Below are positions 23,397-36,560 of a DNA stretch of 64,000 nt, piece by piece. This stretch comes from Eledone cirrhosa (lineage: Eukaryota). The DNA lies in the NCBI GenBank assembly GCA_964016885.1, contig OZ024740.1, forward strand, positions 195,548,001 to 195,612,000. The letters run 5' to 3'. The notes below the pieces were generated by a model. It did no database searches, was not told the DNA's origin, and saw only the letters and a list, made by a program, of their open reading frames with translations. A program made the translations under genes and the position numbers. How positions within the stretch are numbered: the stretch's first letter is position 1; each line of letters opens with the position of its first letter.

Positions 23397-24518
23397 GGGT
23401 GCATAAAAGATGTAGTGGGATCACAGGTAAGCTAACTAAGAATATAGATTTTATATGTGGCTGGTGCTCAGGTGCAATAAGTAGCAGCAAATGCCCACAG
23501 AATACTAGCTCATTCCATTGCCCAGATGGTTCTATAGAAATAGTGGACACCTTCCGTTACCTGGGTGACAAAATCAGCAGTGGTGGAGGGTGCTCTGAAA
23601 GTACTGTAGCTAAAGTCCGAACCGGATGGAAAAAGTTCAGAGAGCTTATACCACTATTGGCCGCTAAAGGTTTCTCTCTAAAATTGAAAGGCAGGCTGTA
23701 TGATGCCTGCATACGAACAGCAATGCTACATGGCAGTGAGACTTGGGCATTGTGTGTAGAAGACCTACACAGACTGGAAAGGAACGAAGCATGCATGCTC
23801 CGTTGGATGTGTAATAGTAATATACCTGAACGGCAAAACATAAATGAACTACGTGAGAAATTAGGAATAAGAGGGATCAGATGCTGTTTACTCGAGAGAA
23901 AACTACGTTGGTATGGTTACGTGATGTGCATGAAAGACGACAGCTGTATAAAAAAGTGCAGGGCGATCAAAATTGATGGAAGTTAAAGAGTAGGTAGACC
24001 CAGAAAACCCTGGGACGATTTGATAAATTCCGACCTTACACACTTGCACCTCTCTAAGACAATGTCACTGGACCGAGATCTTTGGCGCCATGCAGTAATA
24101 CAGAAGACCCGCCTTGCCTATGTACAAAGCGAAACCTACAGTTAGTAGGCACCTCTTAACTAAATATACACCCCAATCCTCCCACTCCCACCAGCACCAC
24201 CCTTTCTCTGTAAAGTTGGTACCACAACATCCAGTCCAAATAAATGAGATAATGAGATTAAGATCGTGTCGGTGTCACGACAAAAAAAACAGTCCACGCT
24301 GTAATGTGGCTGTGTAGGTAACACGGTAAAAAGTTCCCAGTCCACACTGTAAATGTGGTTGGTGTTAGGAAAGGCATCCAGCCGTAAAAAACCTGCCAGA
24401 TAGTCCTATACGAGCGAGACACAGTCACCCGGCCAACCTTGCTTCAAATTGGGACAACTCCCGTCTAACCCATCCTAGCGTTGGAGATAGACATTAGATG
24501 ATGATGATGATGATGATG
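23397..24518 (+). mobile_element. 5'-truncated RTE LINE (B-like), premature stop at 23984-23986
   Basis: VHKRCSGITGKL...FRYLG...; B-like 3' UTR with modules and a (GAT)n tail. Confidence 0.9.
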
Positions 24519-25042
24519 TATATATAATATATATTATATATGATATATATATATATATTAATATAATATATATACATTATATATATATAATATATATATA
24601 ATATATATATAATATAGTAGAATAATCGAGTATCGAAAAATCGGCGCACGAGTTCACGATAAACAAAATTCGAAATGAGAGGCAGAGGGCTCAATAATTC
24701 AGATAAATCAGAGCTATAACTATCGTTAAAATACCGTCACACATAGAACAAGTCTATAATCAACCGTACGACCGAAAAATTGCGATCTGGAAGATTCGGG
24801 ACACTCAGAAAAAATATCAATAAATCAATAAATCAAATGAATGTAAAAAGCATACCCGGACCCGCTAGAAAGATGGTAAATCTAGCTTCTTGGGTTTCTG
24901 TAAATCCTTAAACTGCCCTCTATCAGCTCACATAAAAATATATAAGACTTCTAGAAACCAGCGGACGGGAATTTACTTCCTCAACGAGCCTTTGTCCGAA
25001 CGAATAATATATATATAATATATATATATAATACTGCAAATA

Positions 25043-25210
25043 CCACTGCAAAGTGGTCGTGGAGGTGCCACGGCAAAAAAGCACCCAGCACTCACTGTAA
25101 ATGAGGTTGGTGTTAGGAAGGGCATCCAGCTGTAGAAATCAAGCCAGAATCAGTTCCCGTCCCACCCTTGCAAGCAGGGATAAGTGGACGTAAAATGAAA
25201 TGATGATGAT
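25043..25210 (+). mobile_element. 3' half of the tRNA-derived SINE
   Basis: Matches 10180-10341. Confidence 0.88.
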
Positions 25211-25634
25211 AGATATATAATATATATGATATATATATATAATATATAATATATATATATAATATATATTGTTATACTTGGGGAGGCTCATATTGTTGTA
25301 ATATTACCAGAAATAATAACAGAACACACTCACTGTTTGGTTTGTTTTTGTTTCTGTATCTTTTATATCTCCATAGTTAATTTATTTGGCATCAATGTTT
25401 ATCATTGATTGACAAGTGATTAAAAATACAGATATAAATATCATCATCATCATCATCATCAAATATATATATATCATCATCATCATCATCAAATATATAA
25501 ATATCATCATCATCATCATCATTTTATATCAAATATATATATATATATATATATAGTCTATTAAAGTTCTTTTGTTGCACATCTGCAACATCATCAGTGG
25601 TACTATTATGTTTCCTCCTGTTGTACTGTATGTA

Positions 25635-25815
25635 AGGAAGACGCAGTAGAGGTAGAGCATGAAAAACATGGGCGGAGGTGGTGAGAGCAGACCTCAGATC
25701 GCTGAAACTCACTGAGGAGATGACGAAGGACTGTGACAAGTGGAGAGATGCTGTGCTGAATAGGACCTGTCCAACCCTTGCAGGCAGGGAAAAGCGGATG
25801 TAAAATGATGATGAT
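25635..25815 (+). mobile_element. 3'-terminal fragment of an RTE subfamily-A LINE
   Basis: Aligns by eye with 3170-3350 (AAAACATGGGCGGAGGTGGTGAGA...GGAGAGATGCTGTGCTGAATA...tail). Confidence 0.9.
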
Positions 25816-25837
25816 ATATATATATATATAATATATA

Positions 25838-28190
25838 GATCAGGGGAGCACACCAGCCAGATAGACTTTATCCTTACTAGGAAACGAGACAAAGTCTCTG
25901 TTTTGAACACTAAGTCCCTCCCTCGCAAAGAATGCACCTCCCAACATAATTTGATAGTAAGTGACCTCATAGTCAGGGCCAGATGTAATTGCCAGCAGAG
26001 GAATACTTTGAAGGAGAAGATTATGGAAGTTGAAGAACCTCGCAGCCAGTAACAAATACAAAGCCATATTACTTGATGCTTTTGATAGTAAGGAAGAGCA
26101 ATTTGAGTCATACAATATAGAGGAACAGTGGGAATTCCTGAAAGTTAACCTGTTGAAGGCGACTGATGAAATCTGTGGCTGGAGCAGACCTTCATGCAGG
26201 AGTAGAGTGACATGGTGGTGGAACAGTAAGGTGGAGGAGTCCATCAAGGGCAAAAAGAAGGCGTGGAAAGAATGGCAGGATGGGGGTAGTAGAGAACACT
26301 ATCAGGTAGCTAGGAGAGAAGCTAGACAACAAGTATACTTTGCAAAGAGGGAAGCAGAAGATAGTAAGTTCAAGCATATTCTACAACGGGAGGACCAAAG
26401 ACGTGAAATATTCAGGATTGCGAGGCAATGTGTCAAAGAGAACTGTGATATTGTCGGGGAGATGTGTGTCCATAATGACGATGGTGTACTTGCCCTCACT
26501 AATACTGATAAGAAGGTAGCTTGGAAGTGTCACAACAAGAGACTACTGAATGTGGAGAATGAATGGAATAAAGATAGTCTGCCCCACATCTATCCAATAA
26601 AAGGACCAGCTGTGCAAGTTGATGGTAGTGTAGTTGCTTAAATGTTGAAGGTATCTGGAATGGTGAGACATACTATGGTCACCCGGATAGTAAACCAAGT
26701 AATACAGAATGGGGTCATACCAGCATCATCATCAACTGTTACAAGGACAAAGGAGACGCCCTGGATAGAGGAAACTAGTTGACCAAATCATGAAAGTCAC
26801 AGAAAGAGTTATTACTCAACTGATCTAGATGAAATGCAGTTTGGGCTTGTGCCAGGTAAAAGTACCACGGATGCTCTTTTCCTTGTACGGCAATTGCAGG
26901 GGAAGTACCTGGCTAACAGTAAACCTCTCTACTTAGCTTTTGTTGACCTGGAGAAGGCCTTTGACAGAGTCCCACGCACCTTAATCTGGTGGGCTCTTAG
27001 AAAACTAGGAGTGGAAGAATAGCTTGTGAGAGCTAAACAAGCCATGTATAGAGGAACAGTCAGCAAGGTTAGAATTAACAAAGGATAGAGTGATGAATTT
27101 AGCGTATGGTACGGGTACACCAGGGCTCCGTTCTTAACCCCCTCCTGTTTATTATTCTCCTACAGGCTATAACAGAGGGGTTTAAGACCGGCTGCCCATG
27201 GGAACTTCTATATGCAGATGATCTAACTCTCATAGCTGAATCTATGGCTGAACTAGAGAGGAAGTTCCAAACATAGAAGCATGGCCTTGACTCAAAAGGC
27301 CTTAGAGTCAACTTGTCTAAGACAAAGGTTCTAGTATGCAGAAAGGAGAATAGGGCACAGGTACCCTTTGGGAAATGGCCATGCTCAGTGTGTAGGAAAG
27401 GAGTAGGCAGAAACTCCATTCTATGTCCCAAATGCATAATATGGGTACATAAAAGATGTAGTGGGATCTAACAATGTAGATTTTATATGTGGCCGAGGCT
27501 CAGCTGCAGTAAGTAGCAAGGACCCACTGGATGATAATTCCTTCAACTGCCTAGATGGTTCTATAGAAATAGTAGACACCTTCCGTTACCTGGGTGACAA
27601 AATCAGGAGTGGAAGAGGGTGCTCTGAAAGTGTAGTAGCCAGAGTTAGAATGGGATGGAAAAAGTTCAGAGAGCTAATACCAGTGTTGGCCACAAGGGGT
27701 TTCTCTCTAAAAAGGAAAGGCAGATTGTATGATGCATGTATACGAACAGCGATATTACCTGGTAGTGAGACTTGGGCATTGTGTGCTGAAGACCTGCGTA
27801 GATTAGAAAGAAATTAAGCTTGCATGCTCCGATGGATGTGTAATAGTAATGTGCGTGAAAGGCGAAGCATAAACAAACTAAGAGGGAGACTAAGCATAAG
27901 AGGTATCAAATATGTTCTGGACAGGAGATTGTGTTGGTATGGACATGTGATGCGTATGAAGGACGACAGCTGTATAAAAAAGTGCAGGGCAATGAAAATT
28001 GATGGAAGCTGCGGAGTGGGTAGGCCAAGAAAAACCTGGGACGAGATGATAAGAACTGACCATGCCCACATACACCTCTCTAAGACAATGACACTGGATA
28101 AAGACTTTTGGCGCCATGCAGTTGTACAGAAGACCCAACTACCATTGCATACAAACCTACAGTCAGTAGGCACCTCTTAACTCAATGTAC
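25838..28190 (+). mobile_element. Decayed RTE LINE (subfamily D, B-related), from the EN C-terminus through RT/PHD to the end, with many stops and frameshifts
   Basis: SGEHTSQIDFIL, TWWWNSKV, QFGLVPGKSTTDA, FVDLEKAFDRV, LYADD, KWPCSVC, FRYLG, GRPRKTW. Three 3'-UTR modules resume at 28445-28585. Confidence 0.92.
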
Positions 28191-28639
28191 ACTCCACCGC
28201 CACACTGCTATTTCTAATGTGGTGAGGTCCGCTGCTATCATTACTACTATCATTACCACCATCACCATTGTCGTCATTATTGCCATTGGCATTATTACAG
28301 ATATAGTTTTGCGACACAGTGTTATTCCTGTTGTTCCTATTATGGCTTCGGGAAGAATGAAAAACCGTGAATATTGGATGTGATCCATAAAAATGCCTAT
28401 AAACATCAAAATATAACGTAAAATATAATTTTAAAAAAAGACAATAACAAAAAGCACCCAGTCCACACTATAAAGTGGTCATATAGGTGTCATGACAAAA
28501 AGCGCCTAGCTCACACTGTAAAGTGGATTTGTTGGTGACACAAGAAAAAGTACCCAGCCCACACTGTAAAGTGGTCATGTCATTTCATAAGGAAGTGGTT
28601 CTATGAGGAACTTTTACAGACAACTTAAGATATTGATGA

Positions 28640-28835
28640 AAGAACCCTCATTATCCTGGCAGGTGACTTCAATGGACATGTTGGACATTACCACGATGGA
28701 TTCATTGGAGTTCACGGTGGCTATGGTTATGGCTCAAGAAATGAAGAGGGACTGAGGCTCCTGGAATTCTGTGATGCAAATGAACAAACCATTTGCAATA
28801 CAAATTTAAGGAAACCAGCCAACCAGTAAAGTATA
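28640..28835 (+). mobile_element. RTE APE-endonuclease fragment
   Basis: ILAGDFNGHVGHYHDGFIGVHGGYGYGSRNEEGLRLLEFCDA matches 690-870. Confidence 0.88.
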
Positions 28836-29629
28836 AAATATAATCGATTTTCCCCACAAATTGCTAACCTTATGCCTAAATGAGAAGCCGTTATTATCAT
28901 TATCCATCTAACCCCCCCCCCCCCATTACCCATCTATCTCTCTGCCTCTGAACCATCATCTCCCATAATTAACCATAGCTTTCTCTCTGTGTGATGGTAC
29001 CTTCTACTGCTGGACATCTTCATTCCCTTTTTCTCTCTGCCTCACCCTATACTTCTCAGTCATCCTGCTGCTATTTAGCCCTTACCTCCAGGACTTCTAC
29101 AATTCTTCTCATTCTGAAGAATGATCGTAAAATGATGAATTTTTTAATATAGGGAACTGTTTCTTTGTTTTTATTCATTATTTTTATTAATTTATATATA
29201 TATATATATAACTGCCATTATCCTTTTAAGTTCATTTTCCATGTTTGCAAGGGTTGGATAGGTTGTCATGATTCTAGACAAGACAGGTTGTGGGGACATC
29301 ATGCTCATATGTTCCATTTTTAGCATGGTTCCTATGACTCGATGTCCTGACTAACATCAGCCACTTTATGGTATATACTGGGTGCATTTTACCTAGCACG
29401 AGCACTACCACTTTAAAGAGTATACTCACAGTATTTTATTGTGGCACCAGCCCCCACTACCACCACCACTACATACAAAGTGTACAAGGTGCATTTTATC
29501 ATGGTTCAAACACTAGAGAGGTCATTGAGACATCAGCAATGCAGAGAAGCAACAACAAAAGAGAACAAATATGATGGTAGCATTGTGGAGGGAGCTAAGT
29601 TTGCTTTATATCTATTACTGAAAGGGAAC

Positions 29630-30242
29630 CACAGCTGAAAATGAGTACCAGCAATACCTGGGGTTTAACCCTGTGATGGACTGGCATCCAGTTCAGGGGG
29701 AAGTTTTGTACTCTCAGTTGCTTAAGGCCACAAAAATCAGGATAAGTACTGGCCTGATGAGCCTCTGGGCTCAAAACAGACTTTAGACTTTAGAGAGAGC
29801 CAGTAATTCAGAGGAAGCAAAATCAGAAGTATAGGGTGGCGGATGTTAGACATAGCCATGGAGGGATTGAGTGATATCTGGCCAGAAGGTTGTGATGAGG
29901 CTAAGCATTTAGGGTTAGGGAGCTAATAGTGGAGCTATGGTGTGCTTTAGTATTATGTTTTAAAAGTCTGTCTCAAGCCCGGAGGATCATCAGGCTGGTG
30001 ATTGTCTTGGGTTCCATGGTGTGAGGTAACTGAGACTACAAGACTTCCCCCTGGACAGGACATCAGTCCATCACAGTGTTGAATCCCCAGCTATTGCTGG
30101 TACTCATTTTCAGCTAAGTATAATGGAGCAACAAGAAATGAAGTGTTTTGCTCGAGAACACAACACACAACCCAGTCCAGGAATCGAACCTACAACATTA
30201 TGATTGTAAGTCCAACACCCTCACCATTAGACCACACACTTC
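29630..30242. mobile_element. Two convergent copies of a third SINE type (+ strand 3' half 29630-29790; - strand full copy 29962-30242)
   Basis: Shared CAGCTGAAAATGAGTACCAGCAATA..TGGGG...CTGTGATGGACTG..TCC.GT.CAGGGGGAAG...CCTGATGA...CAGACTTT. The minus copy has a tRNA-like head (GGTTCGATTCC) and the same CORE-like segment as 5103. Confidence 0.72.
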
Positions 30243-32829
30243 CTTTAGTATTATGCTTTATTGACTAATTAATCATTAAGTTGAGTTGGATGTTAAATGT
30301 TTGATGATTAGTGTTGGCAGTATTTATGAATTTTGGGTTGCTGCTGTGGTATATGTTGCAGAAGTCAGAGTATATATGAGGTTGCTTATATGTCATGTAC
30401 ACATATGTGTGTGCGTGTGCGTGTGCACGTGTATGTATGTGTGTGTATATGAGTAAAGAAGAAAGTTGATTGATGAATACATAGATTGATGGACATACAG
30501 AAAATGAAAGTTAGAGAGAGAGAAAGAGAGTGAAATAAAGTATGAAATGTGAGAAAGTATGGAAAGGTTGGTTGTACAGAAATGATATTCTAAAGGCAAT
30601 ATTTCTAGTTAGATGTTTTAGATTTTCACAAGTTATATATTCAAACACCTCATTGCTCACTATATACCACTTCAAATGTACTGCTTCTTCAATATCTGTC
30701 TTCTGTCTTCATCTCTATTGCTATTGATTTCCTGCGAAAAATGGTGTTCTGTTTGTTAAAAGTTATTTGGCACGATAATTTCTCAAGGGAAATCTTTATA
30801 TGTCTAACTTATAGGTTGTTTAAAAAATATATACATGTATGTATATATATATTATATATTTGTTGCTTGTTGTTTAGAAATGCAACTTGAAGAAGAAATG
30901 ATGCTGCCCACTCTTGTACTGTTTTTGTCTTTAATATTTCGACCGAGCATGTGGTGTCACTAATTTTTAAAATAGCATTGAAGTTTACTTTCAAAAATTA
31001 GAAAACAATAAAGTAAAATATAATAAAGTATGTACAAACTAGACAAATGCAAATAAAAAAAATAAAACAATCTGTTTTTTAAAAAATGAATAAGAAAAAA
31101 AAACCAATACAGACAACGAAGTGCAAACATGGCCATTACAAAATGAATTTCTTGTCATAATTAAGAAATAATTATTTTTCAATTCTCACTAATTTACATT
31201 GAATAATTTTTGAAAATTTTTTTAATAACTTCTGTGTTCAAGAACTTATTTACCTAACTATATTACATTATGACTTTGTATGTGTATTTCTTCCTCTCCA
31301 TTTTCTAATGCTAGCAGGTCATATGGCAGAAGTTCTTAAGCATTTCATTCCTTTTAACCCTGTGGCAACTTTTCAAAAGTAGGCTTCCTCCGACCCTGTT
31401 TGTTCAGTAATTTGAATTTACACATCTACCATAATACATAAACTGACAACGAGGAAATTTTTAAATACTGTTTTTAATATAATTGTTTTAGGTTCAAATA
31501 GCAAAAATAGTACAACACTTGCTTATGAAAACTGGTAGATAGAAAACCTACAAAAATGTTAATAAACAAAATAAACCTATTTCAAATGTTCTTCTCAACT
31601 TCGGATTGGCTGGAATACCTTTGATTGTAGATCAGCTTCATCAGGACTGAACCAATCAAAATAGCAACAGTTTCTCAACTTGCTAGAAATAGTAGCCAAT
31701 TCACTCTCAAATTACATCTGAAAGATTAAATGGCTATGGCTGGAATACCTTTCATCATAGATCAGCTACATCAGGACTGAACTGGGACTAAACAACAACA
31801 AAAGCACTGTTAAATTACTCAGCCATGTATGCAGTCCTCTATTGACAATGACATCTATACATGAACAATGGAGTATGGCTACACTGTATAATTATACAAA
31901 CTAGATTATAACTAAATAGGGCAACACATTGGCAATGCATCGATTTAAATGCCTCACAGTATTTTATCTGGCTCTCTGCACACTGAGTTCAACTTCTGCC
32001 AAAGCCAACTTGACAGTTTACAAATCCTGCCAAGATCAATCTTTTCAGGATTGATTATAAAGTACCACTCCGAAGCAGAGGATTGGTGAAATTGTTAGAC
32101 CATCAGACTTGATGCTTGTGGTAACACATGCAGCCATTTGCATTCCGAGTTTGCCTGTGGCATCACTAGTGCCAAGTTGTATAAGTTTTTATCTTCCCTT
32201 TGGACAACATCGGTAGCACAGAGAGGGGTGACTTTTATGCATGGCTGACTGCTGATCTTCCACAAAAAGTCTTTACACAAGCCTGTGCTTTGGAGAGGAA
32301 CTTTCCAGGTGTAGATCCTTGGTCTCGTGAAACATACAGATGCCTATGGTTATAACAAAATAACCAATTATAATCAATGAATATTTTGTTAGTTTTCACT
32401 GCTATAGATCTAGGAAAAGGTTATATATCTCTACAGTCCAGTGTATTCAACACTGAAAATCCTGTAGATACTGCTATAGATCTGAGAAATGGTTATTTAT
32501 CTACACTCGTGTATTCAACATTGAAAATCCTGTAGATACTTCATCAGCGAATTCACCTGTAGTGGTCAGTAAATCACAAATGAATCCTTATGGGTGTTAT
32601 GGATTTTTCAAATTTGGACATAGCATTTGGACATAGCATTGCTAATAGCAGCAAGTACAGCTGTTTGTTTAATAAGTTTGCTTCACAGCTACATACAAAT
32701 AGCAATAAATTTCATGTTTAAAGTCAATTAATAAATGCTATGGACATGCTACAGACTTATTAGACCTCCTCAACAATGCATATTCTGTTTAGTTTACAAG
32801 ACTTAAAGTGATCAATATATATAGATATA

Positions 32830-33021
32830 AAAGCACCTAGTACTCACTGTAAATGAGGTTGGCATTAGGAAGGGCACCTGGCTGTAGAAATCAAGCTAAG
32901 ATTATTTCTGTATGAGCAAGGCATGGTCACCTGACCTGGCATTGCCCACAACAGACAACTCGTCTAACCCATGCTAGGGTGGAGAAATGGGTGTTAAATG
33001 GTGATGATGATGATGATGATA
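32830..33021 (+). mobile_element. Subfamily-C RTE 3' UTR/tail fragment
   Basis: Matches 6815-7005. Confidence 0.85.
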
Positions 33022-33093
33022 GATGGAATATAGTAATGCTAATTATGATTAACAATATGGCTTTAGGGAAAGTATGTCACACTTTGTTAACTT

Positions 33094-33196
33094 GGGTAGG
33101 CTTTGGCAATAGATATTCTAAAATTGGAACAATACAGAGATCAACATGGTCCCTATCCAAGGACGATATAAACATTCATAAAGTATTTCGGATTTT
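33094..33196 (+). pseudogene. Degenerate full-length U6 snRNA copy
   Basis: GCTTTGGCAATAGATATTCTAAAATTGGAACAATACAGAGA---TCAACATGGTCCCTATCCAAGGACGATATAAACATTCATAAAGTATTTCGGATTTT is collinear with U6, including TAAAATTGGAAC, the ACAGAGA box and terminal Us. The catalytic AGC triad is altered to AAC. Confidence 0.88.
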
Positions 33197-33380
33197 CCAA
33201 GCTATGTGGTTGCTCAAGCTGGTAGAAATAACAGCTAAATCTACTTCAATCTCTCTCTTTTTTTTTAATGATGGTGTAAATTGAACAGTGTTATCAGAAT
33301 GTAAATAAAGGTTGTAATGGTCATGGTTGGAAAACCTTTGCTCATTAATCTGCTTGATCAACATAAGGCTAGAGGAAACT
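33197..33380 (+). mobile_element. Interspersed repeat body (other copies at 31600-31800 on + and 39500-39690 on -)
   Basis: Shared TGGTTGCTCAA..TG.TAGAAATA..AGC.AAT...CATGG.TGGAA.ACCTTT...TCTGCT..ATCA. Confidence 0.6.
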
Positions 33381-33432
33381 TATCCCAATTTCATGTGGTG
33401 ATAAGTGACTGAGAGTACAAGACTTCCCTTAA

Positions 33433-33619
33433 CCCTTTAGCATTTAAACCAGCCATATCCAGTGAGAATTCTCTTACTTCTTCCTGTTCAAACTGGCTGT
33501 AACTGGCCACTCATCGACATTAAAGTATTGTTCTAAAAATCTCACAAATATGATATGTGAGATAAGCCTTTACCGCGAAAATACAATAGTCTATATAGAG
33601 TAATGTAAATGCTGAAGAG
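33433..33619. mobile_element. TTAA-flanked (piggyBac-like) MITE
   Basis: TTAA-CCCTTTAGCATTTA ... TAAATGCTGAAGAG-TTAA. Body homologous to 41096 and 47558. Confidence 0.82.
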
Positions 33620-34473
33620 TTAAACAGGACACCAGTTCATTGCAAGATTAACTCAACTATGTGAAATAAAATGCCCTGCTCATGGACACAACATGCTACA
33701 TACTCCAGAGATTGAACATACAACCTTATGATCATAAACACAACACACATTCCAACATGAGTTTTAGAACTAAACAACAGTAGCAACAAGTTTAGATCAC
33801 ATTTTTCTAAATGTCTCAATCCTATATTACCACTCTGTGGCATTTCTCAACACTATTTCCCCTCACCATGTCTTTCTCCACATCACACTCTTCTTTGTGT
33901 GCTTCCTAACACAAACACACTTCCCTTAGCACATACACAACCACCACCACACAAACATATACATGCAAACCATTTTCATTACATTGTCCATACCAGCATA
34001 ATAAAGACTTTGCTTGTCTATTACTCAATGCCTTTGACACTCCATATATACACTAAAAATGCAATATATATCCTATCTACCTACATAATTATCCACTCCA
34101 ACTGCTACAAATCTACCAATTAATTCCCCATCATTTCACTGCCATATAGCATCACAATTCTTGCACATGTCTCATATGGTCTGTACTTTAACAGAAAGTG
34201 TTTTTTGTTGCCATTTAGCAACTGTCAGCAGTTTACAGATGATTTTTGATTTTTTTGGAGGAGGTGCATTTTTTCAATCTGTTACCACACCAATCAATCA
34301 CTATGTTTGCATGTGCATATATAACATTTTAAGTTTGTATCTATAAGAGTTAGTAGGTATGTATGTATATGTGTGTGTGTATATACACAATATATGTGTG
34401 TGTGTACAATATGTGTGTGTGTATATGTATATATATATATACATACAATATACATGTATGTGTGCATGCATAT

Positions 34474-34852
34474 TCATTTCATTTTACGTCCACTTTTCCC
34501 TGCTTGCAAGGGTGGGACGGGAACTGATTCTGGCTTGATTTCTACAGCTGGATGCCCGTCCTAACACCAACCTCATTTACAGTGAGTGCTGGGTGCTTTT
34601 TTGCCGTGGTGCCTACACGTCCACTTTACAGTGTGGGCTGGGTGCTTTTTTGCCGTGGCACCTCCATGACCACTTTGCAGTGGAATGATAGGGACCCCAG
34701 TCCCTATCATCTCATTTCTACAGCTGAGTAAACTGGAGCAATGTGAAATAAAGTGTCTTGCTCAAGGAAACAACACATCACCCGGTCTGAGAATTGAACT
34801 CACAACCTTTCGATTGCAGGCCAATGCTCTAACCACTCAGCCCTGTGCCTCC
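34474..34852 (-). mobile_element. Full-length tRNA-derived SINE with two pseudoknot modules and the A-type RTE tail
   Basis: Reverse complement of 5103-5455 plus one extra ~50-nt module. Confidence 0.92.
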
Positions 34853-35046
34853 ATATATATATAGAGAGAGAGAAGAGGGGGAGGTAATGTGTGTATGAAG
34901 TGTTTGTGGTACAGAGATTGAGAAGACAACAAATCAGAGGTAGTACCCAATGCTTGTTTAAGTAGAGAGTTGGTACAACAGGGAGGCCTATATACATATA
35001 TCTACTTTATATATATATATATACTTCCAAGGTTAAAGAAAGAGGT

Positions 35047-35230
35047 CATCATCATCATCATTTTTATATCTGCTTTTCCAGGCATCATACAGTCCTCCTT
35101 TTGTACATAGGGAGAAACCTTTTGTTGTGAACAGTGGGAGTAGCTCTCTAATCTTTTTCCATCCTATCCTTATTCTAGCTATTATGCTCTTAGAGCACCC
35201 TTCTCCACTGCAAATTAAGTTCCCTGGGTA
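35047..35230 (-). mobile_element. Internally deleted RTE fragment joined to a 3' tail
   Basis: CSGEGCSKSIIARIRIGWKKIRELLPL...GLYDA runs directly into GGAAAAGCAGATATAAAAATGATGATG. Confidence 0.8.
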
Positions 35231-35289
35231 GCAGATCAACAACAATAATAAACTTGAAATAGAAAACACATAAAAGCATATTATGATAA

Positions 35290-36060
35290 AACTTCTTTAT
35301 ATACAACATTATGAGTTTTTCCCAATGGAGTATAAATGAACTTCCAACATGTGAGCTTCCAACACACAATTGTCCATGAGAGAAGCAAGGCTCCTCCAAT
35401 TGCAAACGAGTTATTGATAATTAGTCTAATTAGAAACTGTACTCATTTAAATTGTATTGGTAAATCAGTAGGTATTAATTGAATTCTAGTAATGAATACA
35501 TTATCCACATCCAGAGAGTATAATAGCTTCTATAACATGCGGCATCCTTTTCTTCACAAGAAGCCTTATTCCGTTACACAATTTTGGAGGATCTAGATTT
35601 CTTAGAAGGATTATAAGTGCTCCAAGTTTCAAGTGAAGCTTATGAAGAGATGAACCTGGTGGTTACAGTGAATTTAAAAACTCAACTGGATAATTCACTA
35701 TTTCTGATTGGTCAACAACAGTGTCAATAGATCTGTATGATTAGACATTTCCAGGAAGGCATATTAGGAGGTCAAAGTTTATTGCTTTCACAGTTACATT
35801 TTTCGGGGATAAAATTGCTCTTTCACTGAACCATTTGTTATCCTTATTTTGTGCACTGAGATATGGGAAAACTTTGTCGATAAGTTCTTTCTATGATTTC
35901 ACCATTGTGTAAATAGATGGATTTATTTCACCTTCATTGTTTACAGGTACTCTTCCTTCTCTCGGTATTAATAAGTCTTGAGCAAACTGTTCAGATGATT
36001 TATCACCATAGAGATATGCTCGCATATTTGTCAAGCTTCAAAACTTTTATGCAGTACCAG
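35290..36060 (-). mobile_element. Helitron RepHel PIF1-like helicase C-terminal remnant (pseudogenised)
   Basis: My manual minus-strand translation reads TNMRAY...FAQDLL...LIDKVFP...WFSERAILSPKN...YRSIDTVVD...NYPVEFLNSL*PPG...LKLGALIILLRNLDPPKLCNGIRL...VFITRIQLIPTDLPIQFK*VQF...EEPCFSHGQLCVGSSHVG. Confidence 0.9.
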
Positions 36061-36069
36061 AGTTGCGAT

Positions 36070-36560
36070 GATTTAAAGCATGACAAAATTTCATCAGCTT
36101 TCAGGTTCCACATGAAGTAATGACATAGGCATTGAGAGTGTTGGGAGTGGAGGAATGGTTAGTTTCAGTAATGATAATGTATGAGAAAGCATGTATAACT
36201 ATAAGGACAAACAAAGGGAACAGTGATGAGTTTGAAGTGAAGGTTGGAATATATCAGGAGGTCCATTACTATTTGTAACTGTGATGGAAGTACTGTCCTG
36301 AAGAGTAAAGGCAGGTTTTCCATGGGAGTTACTGTACACAAGTGACAGTGTTAATAGCAGAAAGTATGGATGGACTGAAAGAGATGAATATATGGAAGGA
36401 ATGTATAGTGAAGATGAATATTGAAAAGAGAAAGGTGATGGTAATTGTTAGGATGGAAAGATCAGGAAGGTGGCTATGTGCAGTTTACAAGAAGAGTGTT
36501 GGAGTAAACTCCATTAAATGTACAATATGCACTGACTTCTTATACAGTATATAAGTGGGT
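36070..36560 (+). mobile_element. Old degenerate RTE RT/PHD fragment
   Basis: ALRVLGVEEWLV, EFEVKVG, FPWELLY, GRWLCAVYKKSVGVNSIKCTIC. Confidence 0.78.

Noticed and set aside
29750-29785. Hammerhead ribozyme at CTGATGAGCCTCTGGGCTCAAAAC
   Set aside because: Stem II is not followed directly by GAAA, and there is no stem I or III. It is a SINE 3' terminal hairpin.
30650-31385. Possible small host exons (acceptor-like sites on - at ~30733 and ~30988, and on + at ~31318)
   Set aside because: Inconsistent strands, stops or weak donors, and no recognisable protein similarity. RNA-seq would be needed.
32399-32540. ~70-bp tandem duplication (and a 20-bp repeat at 38701-38755)
   Set aside because: Ordinary local slippage duplications with no further structure.
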